Source of the DNA: Rhabdochlamydiaceae bacterium
Lineage (GTDB): Bacteria; Chlamydiota; Chlamydiia; Chlamydiales; Rhabdochlamydiaceae
Direction: 5' to 3'
Length of the DNA: 64,000 nucleotides
Assembly: GCA_047459655.1 (NCBI GenBank)
Contig: JAJREF010000003.1
Coordinates: 128,001 to 192,000, forward strand
Shown: positions 12,068-23,272 of the stretch, in pieces
Layout: each line of letters begins with the position of its first letter
Numbering within the stretch: the first letter of the stretch is position 1
Notes under the pieces: generated by a model
Databases searched by the model: none
Told to the model about the DNA's origin: nothing
The model's input: the letters and a program-made list of their open reading frames with translations, nothing else
Position numbers and translations under genes: made by a program

Positions 12068-12676
12068 ATGTATAGATTGGAAGACGAAGAGGAAGAAGAA
12101 GCACCACGCAGACAACAAGCACTCAATACTAAAATTGATGAAGCCCTTTTACAAGCTCGTAGAATTTTCTTTTGTGATGCTGTCGATATGGACAGCGCCA
12201 AAGATGCCATCCGGAAGCTTTGGTATTTAGATATTGTCAATCCAGGCAAGCCCATTTTGCTTGTCATCAACTCCCCTGGTGGGTCTGTAGATGCAGGATT
12301 TGCGATTTGGGATCAGGTTAAAATGATCTCCTCTCCTGTTGCAACGCTTGTTACAGGGCTTGCAGCATCGATGGGGTCAGTACTTAGTCTTTGCGCTTCT
12401 CCGAAGCTCCGGTTTGCAACACCTAATGCGCGTATTATGATTCACCAGCCAAGGATTGGTGGAGTGATTCGTGGTCAGGCAACAGACCTTGCTATTCAAG
12501 CTAAAGAGATCATCAAAACACGGACAGCTCTTGTAGATTTATATACAGGTGCTACTGGCAGACCGAGAGCAGAAATTGAAAAGGCAATTGACCGAGATAC
12601 ATGGATGTCAGCAGAAGAAGCCAAGAATTTTGGTCTTTTAGACAAGGTTGTTGCGTCTTTTAAAGATATGCCGTGA
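12068..12676 (+). CDS. clpP: ATP-dependent Clp protease proteolytic subunit
   Basis: [31 protein letters not shown]. Confidence 0.95.
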   Translation: MYRLEDEEEEEAPRRQQALNTKIDEALLQARRIFFCDAVDMDSAKDAIRKLWYLDIVNPGKPILLVINSPGGSVDAGFAIWDQVKMISSPVATLVTGLAASMGSVLSLCASPKLRFATPNARIMIHQPRIGGVIRGQATDLAIQAKEIIKTRTALVDLYTGATGRPRAEIEKAIDRDTWMSAEEAKNFGLLDKVVASFKDMP

Positions 12677-13456
12677 TGCTCGATTTCTCAAAGTACGAAG
12701 CTGCAGGAAATGACTTCATCCTTATCGATGACAGAGCTCTTTTGTTTCCTGCGCAAGACTTTCAAATGATTGCTAAGCTGTGTCATCGGAGGTTTGGCAT
12801 TGGGGCTGACGGCTTGATCCTGCTCCAACCCTCTAAAAAAGGGGATTTTCTTTTTCGCATCTTTAATTCTGATGGAAAAGAGGCGGCTATGTGTGGCAAT
12901 GGGATTCGATGTCTCGTGCACTTCATATACACTTTAGGATTTAATCAACCACTTTACTCTATTGAAACGCAACACTCTCTTTTATCTTGTCAGCTCATAG
13001 ATGGCAAAGTCTCCTCTTTTTTGAGTGTTCAAAGCAGTTTGAATTGCCGATTAAAATGGGGGCGCATGAGGTGCATTTTATCAATACAGGTGTGCCTCAT
13101 GCTGTCGTCTTTGTCGATGATCTGGATCTCCCTGATTTTTATCATCAAGCAAGAGAGATCCGTTTTCACTCCTTTTTTCAACCTGAAGGGACAAATGTTA
13201 ACTTCGTTTCCCTAGAACCCGATCAATCTCTTCGTTGCAGAACTTATGAAGGGGTGTTGAAGGAGAGACTTTAGCTTGTGGGACGGGTGCTGTCGCTGTT
13301 GCTGCCATTGCAGGGCAGTTGTACCAAATCGCAAGCCCGATTAAGGTCATCCCTGCTTCTCAAGAAGTTCTAGAGGTTTCGATGGGTGTCGAAGGTATTC
13401 AGATGAAAGGCCCCGTCCATAGCGTATATAAAGGGCAGATTCCTCTGCCACTCTGA
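12673..13456 (+). CDS. dapF: Diaminopimelate epimerase (frameshifted)
   Basis: [37 protein letters not shown] (last motif read manually). Confidence 0.92.
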
Positions 13457-13470
13457 GTGGCAGATCTTTT
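13444..13470 (+). terminator. Intrinsic terminator after dapF
   Basis: TCTGCCACTC-T-GAGTGGCAGA inverted repeat followed by TCTTTT. Confidence 0.6.
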
Positions 13471-13603
13471 ATGTTGTTGAAGGCAAGCAGATTATGTCAA
13501 AGATTCTATCTTGTTTTTATGCTTAATTCAATTTTTTAATAACATCTTTTTTAATAATTGTTATGTTATAATATTGATTTATTAATATAAAAAGAGGTGT
13601 TAA

Positions 13604-13921
13604 ATGGCAGGATCAATAAATAATCCCTATGAAAGCGCAATGTCTTATGTGCAAAAGTTGCAACCCTACCTGGGTTGTGCCACGTTTCTAGGAATCTCTG
13701 GGCTTTCTGCTTACAGGGTGTTTCAAGCGAAAATACCTGTTGAAAAAGCGGTATCAATAGGGGTGTTTACGCATCAGGTTTTAAGCGGGCTGAATTGGTT
13801 GCCTGAAAGTTTGAAATTTAAAGGGTTGATTGAATCTTTACAAAAGCTAGCAGGGCAGCAAAAAAGCATTAGGTCAGTTTTTTTGGTCGTACAATCTACC
13901 CGCGAGTTATTTACTTTTTAG
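13604..13921 (+). CDS. Hypothetical membrane protein
   Basis: AGAGGTG RBS, hydrophobic segment; similar to the downstream ORF. Confidence 0.6.
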   Translation: MAGSINNPYESAMSYVQKLQPYLGCATFLGISGLSAYRVFQAKIPVEKAVSIGVFTHQVLSGLNWLPESLKFKGLIESLQKLAGQQKSIRSVFLVVQSTRELFTF

Positions 13922-14080
13922 GGGTTTTCTAAAGACCACTATGCGGTTTTTTTTTGCAAACCTTTAATAATCAAGTGCTTAAATTGTTTATAATATTGTT
14001 TATTTATGTGTTTTTAAAATATTTAATACTATATAATTGAACAAAGGTATTAATTAAACAATATACATATTAGGTATTTT

Positions 14081-14511
14081 ATGGAAATAACAGTTGTTGA
14101 GCATTCTATGCGTTCTTTGAGAGGGGCTGTAGTTGATCTTGCTGCTAAAGCGGGTCCAAAAGTTACTTTTGGCGTGTTTGCTGCAGCTCTTTCACCTTTT
14201 CTTATAACTTTGCTAGCGTATAAAACATGGAGTTGTTTCCCTGAAAAAATGCGGCCAACTGTTCTTAGTTTTGCCTCTTTTATGTGGGAAAGATGTGTGA
14301 GTGCAAAAAAACATTCAAGCATATAAAGCCATTTACAGGGGCTGCAATTTTTATATTGATGGCTGGAGTCTCTGGTCACCGTGTTTTTGGGGAAAGCTTT
14401 CGATTGAAGAAATGGTTGCAGTTGCAGGACTTATTTATGGAATTTGGAAGACGAAAGAAGCGATTGAAAAACAAAAACGGCTCCAAAAATTTTTTTAAAA
14501 AGATCTACTAA
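14081..14511 (+). CDS. Hypothetical membrane protein (frameshifted), paralog of 13604-13921
   Basis: Three overlapping ORFs. IKPFTGAAIFILMAGVSGHRVF resembles LQPYLGCATFLGISGLSAYRVF. Confidence 0.55.
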
Positions 14512-14618
14512 TATACAACTTACATCTCACTGAAGCGGTCTCTGGTGGGATTTTCTTTAGAAGGCTCTGGACAAGTCCTTTGAGATAGCCTAGATGCCCG
14601 GCTATTTCTTCGTGACCT

Positions 14619-15896
14619 CTAAGCTGCTACCAACTCTTTTTTTTTATCCGGATGGTGGAAAAAAAGGACTGTAAGAACGGCAAGCCCTGTAAATCCTGAC
14701 AAGAGAAAAAAAGCGGCTTGGTAGCTACCAGTTAGGTCGATAAGCCATCCTGTCATTACAGGAGCAATGATCCCTGCAAGAGAGAGAAAGCTGGAGGTGA
14801 TCCCTTGAGCAGAAGCAGCTCTTTCTTTTGCAACATCGATATTGATGCTGAAAAAGGCTGGTTGGGGCATAAATCCAAAGCCTAATCCTAGGCTTAAGAA
14901 TACAATACAAAGACCAAAGGATTCTGTAAATCCGAGTAAAAGAAAAAATATAGCGGCAAATAGCTGGCTTATCCAAATCACATGCGACCTCGATATGCGG
15001 CTGCTACCTGTTCTTTATGTAGCCAGTCGGATAGTATTCCTCCGGCTTTTAGAAAGAGAGTGGCAACAAGCCAAGGTATAGTTAAGTACCATCCTACGCT
15101 TTTGAGGTTTAATCCGTGTTGCGATAGGAAGTATCCTGGAAGCCACAAAGTTGCAAAAAATAACATATAGCCAAAAGAAAAATAGGCGATATTATTAGCA
15201 ATTAGTACGGGGTTTGTGAGGATAAAACGCCAGTCAACTTTCTGTTTTATTGCAGCGCCAGCTTCTGCATTACGCGATGTTTTAATGAGGTGCTTTTCTT
15301 CTGCATTCACATGACGAGAGTCGTCCGGCTGGTCTCTAAATAACCAATACCAGGCAAAAGCCCACAGAATACCAACAGCGCTAATGGCAAAGAACATTGT
15401 TCTCCATCCAAAGTCAGAGACTAAATAAGAGGTTATGGGGGCTCCTATAACGGAGGAGAGGGATGGCTACAAGGCCCAAAGAAAGGGCGCGAGCTCTTTC
15501 TGAAGAGGGGAGCCAGTTGCCGATGGAGCGAGACATAGCAGGAAAATGAGGGCCTTCGGTGACGCCCAAAAGGAATCTAAGGCCAATAAATCCCCACAAG
15601 CTGCCTGCGATACCGAGGAGTCCAACGCATAGAGACCAGCCGATGGCAGCAAGGGGCCATACGATACGTGTACCCCATACATCAACAAGCCATCCACCAA
15701 AGGCTGTAAGTAGAACATATCCTAAGCCAAAGGCTGAAAGAATCATGCTAAATTGCGTGTTTGTAAAATGGAATTCTTGTTTGAGGGGGTCGATGACAAA
15801 AGAGATAGCGGAGCGATCAATAAAGTTGATGAGGGTGATGAAAAAAATCATTCCCGTGACAATCCAGCGATATTTGGTAGGTCGGTTGTTTTGCAT
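14619..15896 (-). CDS. MFS transporter, anion:cation symporter-like (frameshifted)
   Basis: INFIDRSAIS, GGWLVDVWG, RFLLGVTEGPHFP, ERARA, GWLIDLTGSY. Confidence 0.9.
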
Positions 15897-16147
15897 TTGT
15901 ATTCTACCTATTCTATTTAAAAATTTAAAAAAGCAGTTACGGCTACCTAGCCATCATCCCAACACGGAAAAGTTATAACGGGTCTAAGGGATGAAATAAA
16001 GGATTAAAAAAAGTTGTTTGCAACCATCTCATCCAATTATTTTTTTTACTTGTTTTAATGGAACAGGGGTTGAATTCTTTCTTCCCTATAGTGCATTCTG
16101 TACCTTGGGGCTCACCTTACGCACAAAATGAGCTCGATGGATTTGGT

Positions 16148-19100
16148 ATGGGCGCTGCTATTTTTTCTGAAAAAGATCTTAAGGCGGAAGAGCTTTGCTT
16201 GAAGAAGGTAAAGTAGAAGATCTCTTGTTTTCAGAAGGTACCTATCAGGTGGATGTTAAGGATGGCAAAGAGCATTTCTGGCCTTTCTTGCAACTAGATG
16301 ATGAAGGGAAGTTAAAGGACCATTTCTGTACGTGTCCTGAAAGCAGAAAAAGAGGGAAGATGTCTCCATCAAGGGGCTGCTTGGTTAAAGATTTTTAATG
16401 GAAAAAATGTTCCACTCCACATGCGCGATTTAGATTTTCTCTATGGAATCAGTTGTGTCAGATGGCAGGTCGCAGGCATGGTTATCTCCCTTCTGTGTTG
16501 AAAAAACAGCCGGGCGGTGGTTTTGAAGCGCAGGTTAAAGGGAAAGTGTTATTTTTCGTACGTCCTTTGACGCAGAAAGGGAGACAAAAGATTAAGGAAA
16601 TTGTCATTGAAAGATCTGCTGAGACAGAAGAGACCTCTTTGAAATTTTCTAACCTTTCTCCGGAAAAGTTGAAACTTTGGAAAGAAGGCATGCCCAGTCA
16701 TCAATTGCAATATGAGCTCTCTTTTTGGTCAAGATCTAGCAAAATGGTGGATGCTCCTGCAAGAAGATAAGAAAAAGTACACCATCACATTTCCTCCAGC
16801 TAATCAAGTTTTGCCAAGAGAGAATCAAGATCAAGTTTGCAGATGTGGAGATGGGATTTTATATTGCAGATGTCAATTGGGAGCAGGTCATTCCTTCTCT
16901 TGCGACTGTTCGCTCTCCTCTACGCATATTTGAATTAACACACCAAGAGATCAATAAAATTTTCTATGATCCTTTGAAAAAATCTTTTTTGGTCGATATC
17001 AAAACAGTCAAAGAAGGGGGTGAGGAAGCCGTTACAAAAGAGGAAAAAACCTACTCTATAGGGGATTGGATATTTATTAAAGAAAGGGGGTTTTATCCTG
17101 CTAAGTTGGATGTTTTTTTAAAAAATAAAACAATTCCTCAAGATCAGATTGAGACATTCTTGCTAAAGCACGCGGAATTAGTAAAAGAGCATCTTGTGGG
17201 GTGTCAAATATCTCTAGAGCCTTTGCCAGCAAGATACCATCTTGCCTTTGATAAAAGTGCCGGACTTCACATCAACTGCTATGTCTTTCACGAGGGGATC
17301 TCCACAAAATAGGTTCTTGTTCTTTTGGCTCTTGGGTATATGTGGCAGATAAGGGATTTTATCAGCTGCACCATCTTCTTTTTAAAGAATCAGAAAAAGT
17401 GATCCCCAAAGCAGCAGTTTCTGAATTTGTGAGTAAGCACCGTCATTGGCTCCATGGTCATGATGGTTTTGAGACGCATGTATCGAGTGTAGAATCTAAT
17501 CTTATGTACATAGTCACACGTAATAAAGGTGTGAAATTTGAGGCTAGGCTGGAAGTCGCAGAAGGCAGTGAAGAGATGATTGATTTCGAAGATTGGGTGT
17601 ATGTAAAAGGTAGTGGTTTTTATTCAAAAGGACTTAAAAAATCAGGGCAAGTTGTCAAACCTGGCCTTTTTGTGCAGATGGAAGATCTGATAAAATTCAT
17701 CCATCTTCATCAAGAAGAGCTAGACAATATTCCCCATTTTTTGAGCGTGACAACTCCTTTGGAAAAATCAGGATTAAAAATTTGTCTCAATGAGCATGAG
17801 CAGATCGTGATCACCCCTGAATATGTGTTTAAAGAGGCTTACCAGAATAAAGATGTGCACGTTTACGAAGGGCTTACGTTTGTCCCAGGTGAAGGGTTTT
17901 GTGGGATTCCCTCAGAGTTTAAAATGCCTGATCCCTATTACAAACAAACGATCATCGACAGTGGATCAGAGCCTTATTTCATTTTTTATGAACTCGACAA
18001 GATCCGCCCTTTTGTTTTGTCGTGTGATCCAAGGTTAAAAAAGCCTGCCCATCTCATTGTTGACATCTCCCACATAGAAAAAGCGCAAGAGGGGCATTGG
18101 CTAGTCGATCTTACCTATGAAAGTGATATTGGGTCACTTAGAGGGCTGGAGGTTTGGGATGGGCTACAGGCAGGTAAGAATTATCTCTTTTCTGAAGCGG
18201 GGTTGATTTTACTTCAGCAGCCACGGTTTAATTGGGTAAAAGGACTTGCTAAGAAAAGATGGTTAAAAAAAGGTCAACAAATTGCCCTCACTTCTTTGGA
18301 ATGGATACGACTTTTGATTTTTGAAGAAGTCGCTCCTCCAAAAGATGAAGAAAGTCTAAAAATTTTTCAGGAGTTTAGGGATTTTCAAACGCATGAGACT
18401 TTGAGCACAGAAGGTCTCAAGAGTCAATTGCGATCATATCAGGAGACGGGATTGAAGTGGCTCTGGTTTCTTCACTGCTATGGATTGTCAGGATTGCTTT
18501 GTGATGAGATGGGACTTGGTAAAACCCACCAAACAATGGCGCTTTTACAAGCTTCAAAAATAAAAACCCTGCTGGGAAGTTTTTAGTGGTGTGTCCTACC
18601 TCTGTGATTTACCACTGGCAAGAGTTATTGAAAAATATGTGCCTGATTTCCGTGTCTGTATTTTTTATGGTATTCAGAGAACGCTTTCTAACTTTGAGGC
18701 TGATTTTGATATTCTGCTTACATCTTATGGGACGTTGAGGAGTGAAAAAAATCCTCTTTCTGAAATCTTTTTTGAAATTGCCGTTTTTGATGAAACCCAA
18801 ATTGCAAAAAATGCTCACTCACAAACGCATAAAGCTTTGAAGTTGATTCAAGCGCGAACGCGCGTAGGGCTCACAGGAACACCGATTGAAAATAGGCTCC
18901 TTGAATTGAAATCCCTTTTTGATGTAATCATTCCTGGGTATATGCCTGGAGAGGCGATCTTCAAAGAGATGTTCATTAATCCTATTGAAAAGCAACAAGA
19001 TCAAGAGAAGAAATTCCTTTTAACACGTTTTATTCATCCTTTTATTTTAAGAAGAAAAAAAACGGAAGTGCTTTTAGAGCTACCAGAAAAGACAGAAGAG

Positions 19101-19844
19101 ATTGCTTATGCCGTTCTCTCAGATGAACAAAAAGAGCTCTACCGCAAAACATACCTTTCTCTAAGAAATCCATTGCTTAAAGATCTCAGTGATGAACAAA
19201 AAGCCGTTCCTTATATGCATGTGTTTGCTCTTTTGTCGAAGCTGAAGCAAATCTGTGACCATCCCGCTCTTGTACTAGATGATATAGATAACTACAAAGC
19301 ACATGCCTCGGGAAAATGGGATCTCTTTGTAGAGCTGCTTGGAGAAGCAAGAGATAGCGGTCAAAAGCTTGTTGTGTTTTCTCAATACCTTGGCATGTTA
19401 GACATCATTCAAAAACACCTTGAAGAAGAAAATATCGGGTACGCTACGATCCGCGGGGGGACAAGAGACCGCAGAACACCGATAGAACAATTTAGGGATG
19501 ATCCAAAGTGTGAAGTATTTGTAGGATCTCTTCAAGCTGCAGGAGTTGGAATCGACCTCATTGCAGCCTCTGTTGTGATTCACTATGACAGATGGTGGAA
19601 TCCTGCTAAAGAAAATCAGGCAACTGACCGCGTGCATCGCATCGGCCAAAATAGAGGTGTCCAAGTTTTTAAAATGGTGACCAAAGGTACTATCGAAGAG
19701 CATATCCAACGTCTCATTGAAAAAAAATCGGGGCTTATGGAAGAGATCATCGGTTATGACGACCAAGATCAAATCAAAGGGCTCAACAAAGAAGAGCTTA
19801 TGCAGCTTATCCGTCTTATGGAAATCGATTTGAAGCTTTCTTAG
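16148..19844 (+). CDS. SNF2/SWI2-family ATPase with N-terminal SWIM-like zinc finger (frameshifted)
   Basis: CTC..C.H near the N-terminus; LCDEMGLGKT, DETQ, LTGTPIEN, DRWWNP...QATDRVHRIGQ. Confidence 0.9.
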
Positions 19845-20323
19845 GGCTCTGCATTGACCGAACAGTATGCGATGGAAAGAGTTACAGCCGCCCAATGTAA
19901 GGCACGGGCTACAGAAGGCTGTTTATAGAGCAGGTAGCTTGTTGCAATGACATTGATGGTTATTCCTATGATAGATAAAGCACTGACTATGAGTGATTCG
20001 CCATCTTCTTTTGATAGGCGATAGACGTAGGGTGCTAGCGCTGTAAGTGTGCTGAGCCCAAGGGAGGTGGTGCCTCCTATGAGGGAAAGCATGGGCCATC
20101 TTTTTTGAGTCGCTGTTAAAGTAGTGATAACACCTGTCCAAATGGTTGCATGAGCTCCTATATCGATAAGAAATCTACCTGCGGGAGATGGAGTGCATCC
20201 ATAAATGTGATCGAAGAACAAGAAGGTCAATACAGCTGCTGTACCGGCCAAGGTAGCTTGAGGGAAAGTAGGTAAGCGTACACTGGAAAGAAGAGGGGCT
20301 GCTGTTAAAATACCAGTTATCAT
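19841..20323 (-). CDS. Hypothetical multi-pass membrane protein
   Basis: About 5 hydrophobic segments; paralog of 20332-20751. Confidence 0.65.
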   Translation of the reverse strand: MITGILTAAPLLSSVRLPTFPQATLAGTAAVLTFLFFDHIYGCTPSPAGRFLIDIGAHATIWTGVITTLTATQKRWPMLSLIGGTTSLGLSTLTALAPYVYRLSKEDGESLIVSALSIIGITINVIATSYLLYKQPSVARALHWAAVTLSIAYCSVNAEP

Positions 20324-20331
20324 TTCTTATC

Positions 20332-20751
20332 TCAAAGCAAAAATCCTGCGGGAACTGATAATACAGCTAGGCAACCAAGAGCATTCACAGGAGAAGGCTG
20401 TTGGTAGAATAGATAGCCTCTTGCTATAAAGTTGATTGCTACTCCTGTTAGAGCAAGGCCGATAGCCGGTTCCTCATTTTTCTTGTTGAAGTGTTGATGA
20501 GCGGCCATACCACAACATAAGTTGCCGACTATAATAGAAAAAAGGCGCCATCTTTGTGGGGTAATTATTGAAACAACTAGAGTGCTTGTAAGAGGTATCA
20601 CAAACTTAAAACTCGTCATAACAACACTCCAGATTTTCTCAGAAGTGGATTCTTTCGGTGCAGCTTTCCAAGCTAATGCTGACAGACAAAGGCCTGCTGT
20701 AAAAATTGCTCCAGTGGCACTTGCTTGGTTTAGAGTGGGAAAAGTAAACAT
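20332..20751 (-). CDS. Hypothetical multi-pass membrane protein
   Basis: About 5 hydrophobic segments; GVAINFIARGYLFYQQPS matches GITINVIATSYLLYKQPS of the neighbour. Confidence 0.65.
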   Translation of the reverse strand: MFTFPTLNQASATGAIFTAGLCLSALAWKAAPKESTSEKIWSVVMTSFKFVIPLTSTLVVSIITPQRWRLFSIIVGNLCCGMAAHQHFNKKNEEPAIGLALTGVAINFIARGYLFYQQPSPVNALGCLAVLSVPAGFLL

Positions 20752-20784
20752 TTGGGACCTACTTTCTAAAAATTGCTTTGCAAG

Positions 20785-21405
20785 CTAGTTTGTGTGGGCA
20801 AGGAACTCAGCAACCATCGCAATGTTAATTGGTAGTGGAAATGGAATCTGGTCTAAATGTGGCTCAACTAAGAGTTGTCCAGAAAAGTTCCCAGCATCGA
20901 GACTTAGGTATTCAGGGACATCTCGGGAGGCATTTTCTTGGGCGCTTTTAATAATCGGGGTTGTTTGAGACTTTTGCTTCACAGAGATGATCATGCCAGG
21001 GCGCACTTCGAAAGATCTGCGGTCTACCTTTTTACCATTTACAAGGATGTGTCCGTGGGATACGAGTTGTTGAGCGGCAAAAATAGTAGGAGCAAATTTT
21101 AGTCTGTAGATAACGTTATCAAGGCGTGATTCTAGACGTTGAATAAAAATGTGGGAGGTGTTTCCTTTTTTCTTAGCAGCTGCTTTGTAATAGCGTACAA
21201 GTTGTCCTTGCGTGAGCATGCCGTAAACAGCTTTGAGTTTTTGTTGTTCTTCAAGTTGAAGCCCAAAGTCTGATTTTTTCTTCTTTTTGGCGCCATGCAT
21301 GCCGGGGGCACTAGCTTTATGGAGCAAGGGGTTTCTTGCTTTTCCAAAAATATTCACTCCAAATCTTCGTGCGATGCGGTTTTTAGGGCCAGTATAACGA
21401 ACCAT
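20785..21405 (-). CDS. rpsD: 30S ribosomal protein S4
   Basis: MVRYTGPK..., LESRLDNVIYR, QLVSHGHILVNG. Confidence 0.97.
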   Translation of the reverse strand: MVRYTGPKNRIARRFGVNIFGKARNPLLHKASAPGMHGAKKKKKSDFGLQLEEQQKLKAVYGMLTQGQLVRYYKAAAKKKGNTSHIFIQRLESRLDNVIYRLKFAPTIFAAQQLVSHGHILVNGKKVDRRSFEVRPGMIISVKQKSQTTPIIKSAQENASRDVPEYLSLDAGNFSGQLLVEPHLDQIPFPLPINIAMVAEFLAHTN

Positions 21406-21537
21406 TTTCTCTCCTCGAAAATTATATCTTAAAAGAAGAAGATCATATGTAAGGGGCAAATTTTTAACAAGCTCAAATAATTTTTAATTAAAAAATGTGC
21501 TGGACTTTTGCAAAAAGAGGCCTTTATAATGGCTCCC

Positions 21538-22486
21538 ATGAGTTACTTAGTCATTGCTTACTATTTATTTACATCGATTGAGCGCCCTGAAGAAGAAGTC
21601 TTTAAACATAAAGAATTTTTTAACAGTAAAGATATTAAAGGTAGAATCTATATATCCTCTCAAGGGATCAATGGCCAGATGAGTGCATCGGAGCCGGATG
21701 GAAAGCTCTATATGGAGTGGCTGTCTAATAATCCCCTTTTTAAAGATGTTGAATTTAAAATTCACACTTACCATGAACATGTCTTCCCGAGGGCTACTGT
21801 CAAATTAAAGGCGCAACTTGTCGCGCTTGATATGCCGGTTGATCTAAACATGACAGGGGAGTTTCTCTCACCACAAGAATGGAGAGAGATGTTGGAAAAA
21901 AGATGAAAACACCCTTTTGCTCGATGTGCGCAATGATTATGAATGGCAAATTGGACATTTTGTAGGTTCAGAGTTGCCGGTACTTGAGCAGTTTCGCCAT
22001 TTTCCTGCCTATGCTAAAGAGCTTAAGCAAAAATATGACCTTAAAAACACAAAAATCATGATGTGTTGCACAGGTGGTATTCGTTGCGAGTTATATTCTG
22101 CTCTTCTAAAGCAAGAAGGGTTTGAAAATGTTTATCAGCTACATGGTGGAATCATCAAATACGGCTTAGAAGAAGGAACAAAAGCGTGGCTGGGGAGGCT
22201 GTTTGTATTTGATGATCGCCTATCAATTCCTATCAGTGAGGAGGAATCTTCCGACATCATCAGTGAGTGTAGATACTGCGGTGTAAAATCAGATCTTTAC
22301 TATAACTGCGCTAACATGGACTGCAATGAACTTTTTATTGCTTGCCTTCCTTGTGCAGAGAAATTGCAAGGATGTTGCTGCGAGGAGTGTAAGGGAGCTC
22401 CACGTGTCCGAGCCTTTCAAAAAGAGGAGCGTCCTAAACCTTACCGTAGAAAGCATCTATCTCCTGAGATGGCGGAGAATATCTAA
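21538..22486 (+). CDS. trhO: tRNA uridine(34) hydroxylase, rhodanese domain (YceA/TrhO; frameshift ~21900)
   Basis: GRIYISSQGINGQ, LDVRNDYE..IGHF, CTGGIRCE, FVFDDR, Cys-rich C-terminus. Confidence 0.9.
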
Positions 22487-23272
22487 GATCTTTTCTTGTG
22501 TTTCTTGTCGGACAACGGTTAAGCCAGGTTTGATGCCTTGTTCAGAGAGTTCAAAGGCTTTCATGGTGTTGCATATGCGGCCATCCAAGCGGACTCCAAT
22601 CCCTTGAATATTGACCATGTTGCCCCAATCCCCAAACATCTCTAAGGTCATTTCACAGGCGGTAATCAGAAAGATCACTTTTTTATGGGGATTTGCATGG
22701 ACAATATCAAATATTTTTTCACCAATGTAGTGGATGGTAGGGATGAAAAGGGGAATCACATCGTTATCGGGAAGCGCGTGGACAGCCTTCCCTATGAAAC
22801 ACTGGCTACAGACAGGGTGATGGGGGTCATGGATGCACTCTGCTGTGAACCTTCCAGAGGGGCACTCAAAGGGTTTGTGGCAGTAGGAGAATCCAACAAC
22901 AAAAAGTGCATCGGGATGGGAAGCTAATTTTTTAAATTCCTCGACGTTTTTGAGGCCATAGAAGAAAAAATCATCTTCTCGGATGTAAGATTTTTTCTTT
23001 AGAAAAGATTTTAAAAGGTTAAACCCGTATCTTAGAGGATGTTTCCAGAAGTTTTTGGGGAGAACGCCTTCTTTGTCGTGCCGAACGAGGTAGGAGAGGC
23101 TTTTCCATTTAAGATTTTTAGCTGTTTCAGGCGTCATCCCTGGGATAGAAGGCATATGCGAGACTGTTTTAATGGGATAGGAGGCAGCGGCCTTCCTTGC
23201 TTTTTCATCCCAGGCAGATTCTGCTGCTTCCCAAGAAGAATGTTGGTTCCAAATTTTGAGTTTTTTATCCAT
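22457..23272 (-). CDS. Cys-rich hypothetical protein, possibly DUF116-like metal-binding
   Basis: YCHKPFEC...C...CSQC...TACE...GVRLDGRIC cysteine pattern. Family assignment is from memory only. Confidence 0.55.
   Translation of the reverse strand: MDKKLKIWNQHSSWEAAESAWDEKARKAAASYPIKTVSHMPSIPGMTPETAKNLKWKSLSYLVRHDKEGVLPKNFWKHPLRYGFNLLKSFLKKKSYIREDDFFFYGLKNVEEFKKLASHPDALFVVGFSYCHKPFECPSGRFTAECIHDPHHPVCSQCFIGKAVHALPDNDVIPLFIPTIHYIGEKIFDIVHANPHKKVIFLITACEMTLEMFGDWGNMVNIQGIGVRLDGRICNTMKAFELSEQGIKPGLTVVRQETQEKILDILRHLRR

Noticed and set aside
14569..14588. GGACAAGTCNTTTG..GATAG motif shared with 35415-35435, both downstream of transporter genes
   Set aside because: Only 9 contiguous identical bases in two copies; I cannot distinguish this from chance.
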